This document shows, in pieces, positions 46,801 to 59,246 of a DNA stretch of 64,000 nucleotides. The DNA lies in NCBI GenBank assembly GCA_964035545.1, contig OZ037773.1:1455751-1519750 (forward strand), given 5' to 3'. The position numbers and the translations under genes were made by a program. Source of the stretch: Bugula neritina. Lineage: Eukaryota; Animalia; Bryozoa. Each line of letters opens with the position of its first letter. Within the stretch, counting starts at the first letter, position 1. The notes below the pieces were generated by a model. It ran no database searches. It was given only the letters and a program-made list of their open reading frames with translations, and was not told the origin of the DNA.

Positions 46801-47258
46801 CTCTTGTTGTACATGTATATAAAATACTGTATATTAAACATCTTTACCATCGTAGTACAGCCAAATGCATGACCCTCACTCTTAGCTGCACTGACTCATA
46901 AAGAATTAACATTTCAAGATCTAAGGAAGCAAACTTCTGTACCAAAGAGCTCTTAGCCTAGTTTCTTCACCTAAGTTAGCATTTATTCTCTCACATGGCT
47001 TCGTGGTAGACACACCTTAAAGCAACATGGTGATTTAAGCATTACATAACCAAGTTGATTAGTCTAAACAGCTATTTTTATCTCCTACAGGGATGTCTCC
47101 CTATAAAATTATAGTGTTTGTATTATATTATATAGTAACCTATAGTTAAGTGTATATATATAACAGTATAATACCCTACTAAACAGACAGTCTGTTACAG
47201 ATTTGTGTTCAGCAGAAACTTTGTATCATTTACTTTAAAGAACAGAACCAGCTTCACT

Positions 47259-50200
47259 ATGAGACTACTCTCTGTTTTACTCTTGCTAGGTAAGAACCAG
47301 TTAACTTAGGTGAACAGAAATTACAGTCATTTGCAAAAGCTTAAGACCACCTTTGTTGAGTAATTTGGGTTACATCAATTTAGGGTAACGTTATTATTGT
47401 GTTTATTGGTCTTTTATTTAGTAATTGGAACAATGATAGGTATATTTTATGTATTTTAGGATCCAGGCAACCACATTTTTATCATAAAATGTTCAATATT
47501 TTTTATTTTTCTTACCTATTCTAATATTTTATTGACCACCATTATTCTTCATTTCCATTTCCAGATGCCTAGGCATGCTTTCAAATAATCTTTTGTAGAA
47601 TTCTTTAAACAAAGTTCGAACCCATGTTGTCTTGATGGCTTCTCTCAGTGCTTTATGGCTTCCAAGTTGTTTTTCTATTATACCTCATTTTTACAACAGC
47701 TCAATTTTTTTCTAATTTGGCTCAGGTCAGAGCTGTTTCCTGGCTAGTCGAGCCATGTCACTTTGCTACTCTTTAGGAGCTCACTGACGATCTTTGACAT
47801 ATGGCGTGAAGCACTATAACGCATTAATATTACTCACTGGTATAAACTCCCACATGTGAATCCTATTTGCTAAATAGCAATGTTTAAGCTTGTCTCATTC
47901 ATGGAAATAAAGTTCAGCGTCATCCATCACCAACATGGCTCTCTAAATCATCTTACTCGGTAGATGGTTCATAGTTATAATGTTATATCAATATTAGCCT
48001 GGTGAAAACCTGATTTGCTATTGTTAATTCTTGCTGCCAATCGTCTCTTCGGATAACCATCTCTTTAGATGCTACAATTTGAGCTCTTTTTGCTGGAGAC
48101 AGTGAAAGCCCCTTCCTATTTTTCATTACCATATATGCTGCTCGTTGACTTTACAAACAATATTTTTCAGGATAAAAATTCATATTTTTGTGTAAAAATT
48201 GATGCCATGCCATGATATCATGTATTATTAGCACAGGGTAATAATTTGATGGTTGTAGATAGGGCAAATATCACCATGTCAAGAGATGAAACGCAGTTAG
48301 GAAAACAGCAATAATTTGAAAGGTGGTGTTAAAGTTTTGCAAATGGCTGTATAGTAGCTTGTAGCGTTAGAGGAGTTATTATTAAACACATCTGGAGTTA
48401 CTGCAACTATAACTACAGTAGCCTGTACATTTTGTCACTCTACACTAAATAAAACACATTTTTCTAATCTAAAATGTAGGTGTTATAACTTCATTACAGT
48501 ACATACACTTTCCTAAACTGCTTGTGCCCATTTTGATTTGAAAATTGTTTGACATCCATTTTATGTTTATGCGTAAGCAAGACTACGTCATAGCATTTTC
48601 TTATACATTTATATGTATGATAAATAGATTAGTAGACAGTGTCTGTTCTGTATTCAACCACTGGCAGATTGAGTCAAACTTCTCAGATGTGTTCAGCAAT
48701 TTTTTTAGAAACTATTCCCTACTAGATTCTACTGAGTGTAAAATATGCAGACAGAAAAATAATTCATGTCTCACACTTATCTGGTGGATAAAATGATTTC
48801 TGTAGAACTGTTATATAGTATAACAACATTTACCCATCATTGCTGGGTTTGTTGAAGAGAACAGCCGCAGTCTTGGGGTTAGAGCGTTTGCTTAGTAGGC
48901 CTATGCACAAAGTCACAGATTCGAGCCCGACAAAAGCCATTGGAGATGTTAGGGAGAGCATCCAGTCATAGTTGTTCCTGTGCCATATCTGAATAATTCC
49001 TTAGCCTAATTTACAAAAAAAAACCTTTTCACTAGAGGTTCTCACAGGGGTGGTGACTATAAACTTGCGTGAGTTTTTTGTTGCTGGGTTTGTTGTAGGT
49101 GCAGTGACTGTGAGTCATGGACTAAAGTGCTATGTCTGTAACTCATCAAAAGACGCATCTTGTTTTGACAAGTACAATGGTAACAGTAACCATCTAGTTA
49201 CCTGCGCATCTGGCGAGGGCTGCTCTAAGAAAAAAACAAAATCTCTGTTCGCTGGTCTCAGTTACGTAGCTGGTAAGTCTTCTTGACTAAAAGATCTTGA
49301 GTTTAAAGAATAATATTTGAATTATCTATACATGCATGTTTTGAGTACACTTTTACAATATCTAACTGGTGGCAGTTTCGACAAATGATTCTGATGGTGC
49401 CATCAGCTTTGATTTTTAAACATTTCTTCATTGGGTTCTAAAGTTGACAGATTTTGTGGCAAAAGATTCGACAACTCCAAATGCCAGGCAAAAATGTCAT
49501 CAGATACTTCTAAGGCAAGATCAACAACTTGGGAATGCTCTTGTACTGATGGCGATAATTGTAACAGTGCTTCTGGTATCTCCCTCACTTTCTCTCTACT
49601 AGCTGGTAAGTAACTATAGAAATCTGGCCCTATACTTATACTAGTAACACATGTAGTGGTGCCACATTAGACCGATTTTCGCACTCGCTAATGACAAACT
49701 CAAAGTAGAAAAATGGTAATTTTGTGTAATTCCATGCAAAGAAAATTTTGAATTGACCAAACAATTTGGCTGATTACTATTTAGAAAGTGCGTTTTTCTC
49801 GTTCCAAATTCCTGTTTTTCTTTTTTGGCGATGTAGCTTTTTCGCTTTTGCAGCAGTATGATTCCAAAAATGTTCTTAACAGATGCTGACACACAGAAGT
49901 TATAGCTGTAAAAACAAAAAGTTGTCAAACTCAGAGTATGATTGGCTAGTAATGTTTCACTCCTTCTGGCAACACATTGTGGGTAGTGGTAGCTCTTGCA
50001 TCAGATTATCATAGCGGTTTCGCACATGAAAATCCGTCTAATGTGACCCCATATTAACTTGGCCATGTTCTTGTACTGGTAGCATATGATCATAGTAGTG
50101 ATGTGAAAATTCAATGTAATGCAAGCAATAAAGTTGTTCAGGAGTGAATTTGAAATAAACCTGACCATATGTGTTGTTCTATTGTAGCTGCCTTAGCCAA

Positions 50201-50288
50201 GTATGTGATAGGAATCTCTCAAAGCTTGAATCTGCTGCCTCAGTTTATGAAAAGTTGTAAGATTGTATTTACATCACTTGTTTCGTGA
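47259..50288 (+). CDS. G7: Ly6/Quiver-like protein with C-terminal read-through extension
   Basis: Exons 47259-47289, 49099-49272, 49444-49605, 50188-50288. ...LKCYVCNSSKDASC...GCSKKK...RFC...WECSCTDGDNCNSASGISLTFSLLAAALAKYVI-GISQSLNLLPQFMKSCKIVFTSLVS*. Confidence 0.83.
47324..48349 (-). mobile_element. Tc1-like DNA transposon, internally deleted and decayed, in G7 intron 1
   Basis: TIRs CAGTCATTTGCAAAAGCTTAAGACCACCTT / AAGGTGGTGTTAAAGTTTTGCAAATGGCTG with TA on both sides. Minus-strand relics WLD*PGNSSDLSQI and ESMPRHL. Empty site preserved in G5 intron 1 (CAGAAATTATAGCAGCTT, ~36462). Confidence 0.9.
48855..49080 (+). mobile_element. tRNA-derived SINE (copy 3) with 15-bp TSD
   Basis: TTGCTGGGTTTGTTG at 48840-48854 and 49081-49095. 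Confidence 0.88.
49658..50050. mobile_element. MITE with ~23-bp TIRs in G7 intron 3
   Basis: GGTGCCACATTAGACCGATTTTC ... GAAAATCCGTCTAATGTGACCCC. Confidence 0.65.
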
Positions 50289-50849
50289 ACTAATAAAATA
50301 TAGTCATGAATGCATCTACGTTGATCTGGGTTGATTATTTAAAATAGAAAACTGATAAAAAGACATGTATTTCTATTAGGTCACTGTAAATGGGGTGGGC
50401 AAGTGAAATTTACATGACAAGGTAGAGTTTGAAGGTTGCTTTCAGATAAGATATATAAGTTTGTGGTAATTCTGGTATATTTTACAAGACAACTGCCAAA
50501 TAACCAGTCTTACGTATATAAAAACAAAAACAAAAATAGATGGTAAAAGTTGCGAGCATAGGAGTTTTCTACCCTCTTAAAGTGCTCAAATAATATTGTT
50601 AGAAAGCAAATTTGATTTTTATAATTCCTCTGAAAATAGTATTAAAGTGATTGAAGCCATCTTGAAAAAGTATATAATTTAAATTTAGACATCGTGATTA
50701 TTAAAATACTAACCATATGGAAATCATGTTAATGGTAGCAAAACTAGCTAACCTTTGAATGAGAGCCACACATAATATAATATGCTTATATAGTAGATAG
50801 TATAAATTAAAAGTTAGTTATAGCAATTCATTACATAGTAGTTGTGTGT

Positions 50850-51056
50850 TAACCAATCAGAAGTTTGCTACAAAAGTGAGCCAACTGACCTCACCAGTCG
50901 GCTAGAAGTATGGAAACAGCTCTAAATCTATGCAAGCAGATTCAGCCAATCAGGTGTTAGCTGAACTAGCCAATAGGATCTGCTGATAAAAACTTGAAGC
51001 ATACAACCAGGTTACATAAAGTGAGAACAGCACCAGGTGTGAGCACAGCCAATCAA
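50850..51056 (+). promoter_or_regulatory. CCAAT-box cluster and TATA-like element upstream of G8
   Basis: CCAAT at ~50853, 50946, 50970 and 51049; TACATAAA at 51013. Confidence 0.5.
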
Positions 51057-51154
51057 CATCTAGCTAGGACAACTACCCCCCCCCCCCCCATAGATCTATT
51101 CACATGAGTATTTGGTAGAGTTATATTAGGAAGTTGAATCAGGAGCTTGACAAC

Positions 51155-52926
51155 ATGAACAAAACTATAGTACTTTTGGTTATTCTAGGTTAGTAAGTAT
51201 TACATAATATAATTATATCACACAACTTGTTTCTGTATATAGGTACTTGAGGTACTCTGTAGCCTGTACTGTATATAGGTACTCAAAGCACTCTGTACTG
51301 TATATAGATACTCAAGGTACTCTATACTGTATATAAGTACTTGAGGTACTCTGTACTGTATACAGATACTTAAAGCACTCTGTACTTTATATATAGGTAC
51401 TTGAGACAGTTTGTACTGCATATAGGTACTTGAGGGGCTCTATACTGTATATAGGTACTTGAGGTACTCTATACTGTCTATAGGTACAGTAAGTGTGACT
51501 CGTGGACTCAAATGCTACCAGTGTCTATCTGATGACTTAGACTCAGACTGTCAGGATGAATACACCAAACCCTCCGCTCACCTCAAGCCCTGCGTATCTG
51601 GTATAGCTGACGGTTGCTCCAAGTCTAAGATTCGAACCAAACTGCTTGGATCGAAGGTTATAACAGGTGAGAGACAGTGGCAGGTGAGTGAAAGTGACAG
51701 GTGAGAGACAGTGACAGAGGAGTGACAGTAGCAAGTGACAGACAGTGGTAGGTGAGTGACAGTGACAGGTGAGAGACAGTAGCAAGTGAGTGAGAGTGAC
51801 AGGTGAGATACAGTAGCAAGTGAGTGAGAGTGACAGGTGAGATACAGTAGCAAGTGAATGACAGTGACAGGTGAGTGACAGTAGCTGGTGAGTGAGAGTG
51901 GCAGGGAGGTTGAGGTTTAAGGTTGTACTAGAAAATGTAGACTAAACATTATTTGCAAGCAACACATATATAATATAAAATATAGAAGATATTAAAAATA
52001 TTTAAAGTTATCTTGTCTCGCGTAATTATGCAAAGTTGTTCCTAGAATAAAAACAAGTTTAAATGACATATGTCTATCAGATCTGTAATTCAGTATATTT
52101 GCTACAAATGCTCATTTTTCCCAATTTTTGAAAGGAAGAGAAAAATTGGCGTGCTTTAAAGGATTTCAATTTTTGTTCGTTTGCTTTTACCACTGCAAAA
52201 CTTTTAACCAGCTTGAAAGGAAAGATTACTAAAAGCTAAGCTCAAGACAACCTTTAGGCTATAAAATTTGATGCTGATACTGTTTAAGCAATATATTTTT
52301 ATGATAAATTACATTTTTTTCTTTAAAAAGTTACATGCTTTTCAAATCTTGCATACATCTTCAAGTTTAAAGAAAATTAGAAAAGCAAACAATAATTTAA
52401 GTTTATGTCTTCTAAAATGAAAGAGCCATAACTAAACAAAATATATTCACCATACAATACTATATTCAATGATTGCTTTATGTTTGTATAAGTTCGGAGA
52501 TCCTGTGGCACACAATATGGGAATACAGAGTGTCAAAACAAGGACAGGTCTATAGGAAGGCTTAACGGTGAAAGAGTGGTGGCCTGGTCATGTTCCTGTA
52601 ATGATGGCGATGGATGTAACAGTGCCTCTGGTCTCTCTCTTACTTTCTCTCTACTAGCTGGTTAGTAACTATAGCAATCTGTTATGTTCTTATACTAGTA
52701 ACACATGTAACAGTGCTTCTAGTCACTCTTTCACTTTCTCTTTATTAGCTAGTGAGTAACAATAGCAACCTGGTCGTTTTCTTCTGCGGATGTGTGATGG
52801 TACACTTTTTCCCCATTCAACAGCTTATAGCTGTTATACTTTATTATTTCTGCAGTTACAAGCACATGGCTAATTCTCTTATTCTCGTATATTTTAGCTG
52901 TGCTAGCAAAGCATCTAACTATATGA
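51155..52926 (+). CDS. G8: Ly6/Quiver-like GPI-anchored protein
   Basis: Exons 51155-51188, 51484-51666, 52493-52660, 52898-52926. MNKTIVLLVILGTVSVTRGLKCYQCLSDDLDSDC...GCSK...RSC...WSCSCNDGDGCNSASGLSLTFSLLAAVLAKHLTI*. Confidence 0.88.
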
Positions 52927-53636
52927 AGAATCGACCCTTGCAGGACCTAAAAGAAGTTAAGCCCACTACACCTTGTAATTTCTTTATACATTATATGCCA
53001 CAAATATATCTTTTTACAGTTGCTAGCTATAGGACCATATGGAATGTGTTTATTGGTGTAATATGTGGCTATGCACATATCCTGTTTGTATGTGCATAGC
53101 TAAGGTTTATTGCATATGCTACTAGATCATGAGTATACTATCAATTTATCTAATGTAATCAAGTTTACAAGAAATAAATGTAGTGTAATAACTCTGACAA
53201 TGCAAGTTAAAGAATTATTTAAACAAAATGAATGCATGAAAGAGACAATGTATTGTGAAGAGTTCAATTAGATACATGGAAGATGCACGATTCCATTAAC
53301 TTTTCATACAAGCTCAACCCACAAATCACTAACCCTCCTATGACAAATGTAAATGGATTCTAAACAAATACAAAAGAGTGGAAACATGATAAATGCATTT
53401 TGACTTAAAGGAATGCTTTCTATAGCAATTCCACTAAATTTGTATCTATAATCAGCAGTTTCTGCTTCTGAAATAATTTTTAAATCTTTAAGATCTTTTA
53501 CACCTTGAAAAGTTTTGATAAGTACTGCTGGTTCTAACCAACACAAAGTTATAAATAAACTTTACGATGTACAAGAAAGTGAAACAGCACCACACAGGGG
53601 ATAATCTTATATAACATTGCATAATGCGATACCTTT

Positions 53637-53795
53637 TAGAATTGTTTTATAAGTAGCTCCAAGTTGAGAGGTGAAGGACAATTTTAGTTTGGGGGGTCTT
53701 AAGTTTGGAGTTGAGTCCCCCAACTCGAAACTTGACACCCCAGACTAAAATTGTTCTTCACCTCTCAACTCAGAGCTGCTTATAGAACCATTCTA
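53637..53795. repeat. Imperfect ~160-bp hairpin, MITE-like
   Basis: TAGAATTGTTTTATAAGTAGCTC..GTTGAGAGGTGAAG.ACAATTTTAGT pairs with ACTAAAATTGT.CTTCACCTCTCAAC..GAGCTGCTTATAGAACCATTCTA. Confidence 0.7.
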
Positions 53796-54420
53796 CCGTT
53801 TAGGTCTTCAAACCATGTTGCATGCCCCGCATGGCAAGAGGCCTAGAAATTATTGGTGATGAAAACTGGGAACAAACACGAGTTTTTGTTACACAATACA
53901 TTCATTGATACCTCTATAACATAGGTTTGCAGTATGCAAACTTAGTCAACGTGGTAGTACAATGATAAGCTACAAATAACAATAGATGGAAACAAATAGC
54001 TAATGCATGCTACTGATACTATATGATTTCCTTGTACAGTATGCTAAATGCTTGCAACTATTATACCATTAAATAATTAGGTTTAATACTCATCGTTATG
54101 ATACCAACAGTCTATGTTTTAGCTGCCAACTTTTAAACAAGTAGGAATGAGTTTCAAACACACCCTCTTCATTTTAACTACTTTTCTAAGGAATAACTAA
54201 CTATTTCCAAAATAAAAAGCCACATTATGTTAAAGAGTGTTATTAGAAGTGCATTCAAATTTATTCATAAAATAACATGATAAATTAGTAATGCAAGGGT
54301 TTTGTGTGAAGAGTTATATTGTTATGTGTATCGAAAGGACAACTCTTCTGCGCCTTCTGTTTTATTTTCATATAATTTATTTTATTCATTGTAAGGTGCA
54401 AACTATTGTTAGTGAGATAT

Positions 54421-57400
54421 TCATTCAAATATAAATGGGATTTGTCTGCTCTTGTTCCATTCGTCAAATACTCTGTGGAATTCCTCATTCTGTGCTACTG
54501 AAAACCAGTTTTTCCAGTCTCCAATTTTTCCTGAATGATCAAAAAAATTTAATTAATTGGCGCATGCTGTGTAAATTCAGTTGTGTGTGTGTGCGTGCGT
54601 GCGTGCGTGCGTGCGTGCGTGTGTGTGTGTGTGTGGTGTGTGTGTGTGGTGTGTGTGTGTGGTGTGTGTGTGTGTGTGCGTGTGTGCGTGCGTGTGTGTA
54701 GTGTGTGTAGTGTGTGTGTGGTGTGTATTGTACATGTATAGCATTGTAAGGATAGAATTTCAAGATCTAATTGTTTCTAACAATAGGGCACACCTCTTAT
54801 TATGCATAAAATAACTATGTCAAAGGCCAAGATGATGTAGTTAATCATATTTTCTATACTGAAAAGAAATTTCTTTGAAAACATGTTAAAGAACTGATGA
54901 ACACATGAATATAAGTGTGACTTGGTTAAAGCTAAGTAATACTTGAGTAGAGCTGAATATGTTTTAAGCAGCAAGTTTACTTGAATATCAAGTAGGCTGT
55001 AGCTGAATGCATTTGATTGTGAAAGCAAGAATGTACGAGTGGTTCGCTCACCCTTCCTATAGAACATGCCGTAGTTCTCTATTAGTTCAGATTCTACTTT
55101 TCCACTGTTGAGCTTGAGAGAAACTTTACCCTTTCTCATTTTCTCAACGTCACAGGCTGCCACGACTTCCTGTATCAGATCTGATGTGTAGGTAACTCCC
55201 ATGTGTTTCGCAATCGACCTTATGCTCTCCTCAGGTTTCTGAATCAACCAATAATTACAAAACTTTTGAGAGCTTATACTTTGAACAATGATTTTGATTT
55301 TCATTTAGCTAATTACATAATCTCATTGTTAGTGAATTGTGACTGAACAGTGAGTGGAGATTGAGTGAGAACAGAGTAACAAGCTAGTGATAGGTAAGTG
55401 AGAACGTACCAACACCAAGTGCTCGTAGTAAACAATAAGGACGTTGGGGTCGTTTTTGCAGTTGTCCCAGATGTCTGCATACATGGCAAGATAGTTGGAC
55501 CAACCAGCTGCAAAATAAATAAATACACAATGCTATAATGCTTAGCCTGAGTCCCTACAGCTTGCAGTGTTTAGGCTCTACAGATTTGAGGTCCACTGGT
55601 TATTTGTCAAACGCATTACTTACCTGCAGACATAATATTTACCTGCAGGCATAATATTTACCTGCAGACATAATATTTACCTTCTTTGCAATGAAGCAGC
55701 CAATTAAAGGTGTCTTTCCACGCCTTCACCTGTTCGCCAGGTTTGAAGTCGTCTTTGTGGTGGTGAAAGAATGAGACAAATGCATCTTTCGGATTTCTTA
55801 AAGTTGCTACAATTTTGGTGTCACTTCGTCTATACACGAAATAATATAATAATATATATTCATAATATGTAGTACAGTCATAATGTATAATAATATAATG
55901 AAATATAGTGACAATATATTAATAGAATAATACATAGCAATACACCAGTGCAAAAGTATTAATTTATGGTAATATGGTAATAGCATAGCAATATATTTAA
56001 TGTTCAGTAAGTATATATGGTAATGTAATAGTATGCAGTAACAGTATACAGTATAATAATACAAGAATATATTATTGCAATACAATACTGCACAGTATTA
56101 TGGTAGTAGCTCGTAATAATATAGCAATGTGTAGTAATAATATAGCAATGTGTAGTAATAATATAGCAATGTGTAGTAATAATACAGCAATATAACAACA
56201 ATTAAAACATATTAAAGCACGTCACGAAGATTCTGTGAAATCTATCCTACATTATAGCCAGACAAAATTTATTAGCATTAGGTATTATTATCCTATCATA
56301 TTTCGCAGGATATAGAATGTTTTTTTGTGGTGTTTATATGCTTGTAGTCAGTAATGTTGGTTAGTTTTAGGCCTATGGTGATACAATGAGTGTAATGGAC
56401 AAACTTGTATATGTAATATAATCTGTCATACAAAGAGTATATATAATATAATATGTAATACAAAGAGCGCATGCAATTTAATATTTAATATAAAAAGTAT
56501 ATGTAATAAAATATGTAATGCAAAGACTATATGGAATACAATATGTAATGCAAAGAGTATATATGATATAATATTTAATACAAAGAGTGTAGTTGACAAA
56601 TATACGTAATATAATATGTAGTACAAAGAGCATACATACCGAAATTTAGGTGGCAGCCAGCTGGGTACAAGGTGAGTATTGATAAATCTTGGCGGGGAGG
56701 TGTTCTGTAGAATCGTGTGGTACGGCTGTATTTCTAACCAGGCAAGTTCTTTGGGGTCCTTCACGTATGCAGCCTTCCCATTTGCTAGCATTCTCATTAT
56801 TTCATACAGCAAGTGTGTGCCTACAATGTTAAAGCTAGCACTACACAGCAAGTGTGTGCCTACAATGTTGAAGCCATCATTATACAGCAAGTGTGTGCCT
56901 ACAATGTTAAAGCTAGCGTTATAAAGCAAATGTGTGTCTACAATATTAAAGCTAGCACTATACAGTAAGTGTGGGCCTACAATATTAAAGCTAGCACTAT
57001 ACAGTAAGTGTGGGCCTACAATATTAAAGCTAGGACTATACAGCGTGGGAATGCCTACAACACTGAAGCTAGCACTATTAGTGTATCAGTTAGCCTGTCT
57101 GTCATATAGGCTGCTCTACTTTAGTAGTATAGTAATAAAAGTCAGACATAAGAATCACTACTTGCTACACCGGCTTGAACATGTATATACAAAAGTCATC
57201 TACTGTTTGGCCCACAAGTATTGCAATGTATACCAGCACTCTACTATGCACACTCCACATCAGCTAAGGTGAGCTGTGAATGGCTGAATATTATCGCTAA
57301 TTTCCAGTAGTAAAAGTTACCTGTCTTCATGACGGCAATCAACAGGAAGTCTCCTTTCTCCATTGTCACCGTCTCCATTTCCTCAAAAGGATCAACTTTA

Positions 57401-58778
57401 GAGTTGAAGAACGTAGACATGTTGAATGTGGCATGTGGCCTGCTAATGACAAAGTCACCACCAAACGGTTTCCAGAAGCCTGTAAATACAAGAGTCGGTA
57501 CTATTAAGGTACACGTTACATTGTGATAGGCACCTCAGTTGGGAGCCATCACTGTTCAACATGTCGCTGTTGCCGGGTGTACCGGAAATGCACACGGATA
57601 TGTATTTTAAAGTATATTCATTACTGACCTACTCTAGGAGAGGAATCAGGCTTCAAGCATGCTTAACATGACAGTTTAGAATAGAATAGATGGCACTTTG
57701 AAGGATGGGGTAAAAAACTGCTGGTAGGGCTATTATTAGAACAGCCCGTATATTTATTTGTAGCCCCAGGTTCTGAAAAAATAGCTAGAAAATTAACCCT
57801 GTGTCAGTATGTACTATGTATACGTTTTATTGGCGTTTAGAAATAGTAACAAGATGACAAGAAAAGATCATTACAGGTCACTTGCGTATGACAAACGTAA
57901 GAGAATACCAAAATATTAACTTGTACTTTTACAAGTGTTACGTCTTAATAGCTTTTCTTTTGGTAATACCAATTCCTCAATCACATAAATGAGCAGCTGG
58001 TGGGAAGAAAATAGCTTGAAGCAGCACTGAGTTGGTGGTGACTGAGTGAATTGGTTCAGGGGTTCTTGAGTTTAGAGTCTGCACATTGATATGTATATAA
58101 ATACTGTATTCGGTCAAGGAGCAGCCGTGGTTTAGGGGTTAAAGTGTTTGGCTTAGCAAACACAACGTCATGGGTTCAAACCCCAGTAAAGGCCATTGGT
58201 GATGTTAGGAAGAGCATCAAGTTATAATTTCTTCTGTACCACATTGATGAATAAGCCCTTAGCCCGCTTTAAAAAAACCCTTTTTATCAGGGGTTTTCTC
58301 AGTGATGGCAACTATAAACTTGTGTGGGGGGGGGGGTTTATTCGGTCACCCGCAGCTCAGTGCTGCTTTTAGCAGTTTCCTGGTGGAAAGTAGAAACCCC
58401 ATTTTTCGGAAGCTCAAGGCTAAGAAATAAACGGGTTCAGTATGCTGCGTATTAGGAAAGTTTTTTACTTTAAAGCCCAGCCTTGCCTACAATTACTTGG
58501 GAAATCAAAGACTTGTTTACTTAGTTACACCAGTCTGTTTTTCTTGAGGCACGAAATTGCATGCAGAGAATCTACAAGCTGTAAACAGTTAGCCTACTAA
58601 CTCTTTTGAGTTATGGTGAAACTGCAACGTAGAGCTAAATATAAAAATAACTTTCTTTACTAAAAGTTGAAATTCAGCTCTCACCTGAGCCCTCATCAAA
58701 GTTGACATATTTGTACTTGTTGGCCAAACAATGGTCTTTCAGACTGTCTGGTAGGACATTCTTCTGTCTTTCCTCCAT
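54421..58778 (-). CDS. Cytosolic (SULT1-like) sulfotransferase, 325 aa
   Basis: Exons 58778-58685, 57479-57321, 56820-56640, 55829-55681, 55507-55410, 55238-55052, 54530-54421, phases consistent. Motifs DFLLIAVMKTGTH (5'-PSB), RFINTHL (catalytic His), RNPKDAFVSFF (3'-PB), YYEHL and FYRKGKIGDWKNWFSVAQNE. Confidence 0.92.
56810..57075. repeat. 39-bp tandem repeat spanning the sulfotransferase exon 3 acceptor
   Basis: Unit CAAGTGTGTGCCTACAATGTTAAAGCTAGCACTA(C/T)ACAG, about 7 copies. Confidence 0.85.
58117..58338 (+). mobile_element. tRNA-derived SINE (copy 4) with 10-bp TSD, in sulfotransferase intron 1
   Basis: TATTCGGTCA at 58107-58116 and 58339-58348; A box TGGTTTAGGGGTTAA, B box GGGTTCAAACC. 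Confidence 0.88.
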
Positions 58779-59246
58779 CTCTGTACAGGATGTTCACTTG
58801 TGACTGACTCACTCAAACTGATCACCAACTCTGCTGCGCACGTACTGCACCCGGTCCAGACACTATCTCATACTGCAGGTCTGATTTATGTTTCAACTAT
58901 GTTTTTATCTGAGAATTATGTGGGACTTTGATCTTGTGTAGTCTCTGGTCCAATTTGTCAATTGCCAAGCATGAAGGGCGGAATGTAAGCTCCTCAAAAT
59001 AACTTGGTGACTGTAAACACGTGCATTGTATTTATAATGATAATGCCCGGCATCTAGTAATGATATCTAATACCCTCATATCGTAACCACATGGCAACAC
59101 AGGGACCTGCAAACAATTAATTTATATACATTCTAGACTCTAGAGGCATTAAATCACGTGACACTTATGACACATTATCACACGTCTGTATTTCACACTA
59201 AGAGTTGTCTGCCTCAAAACTTGAGATTCGAATAATGTTACCAATA

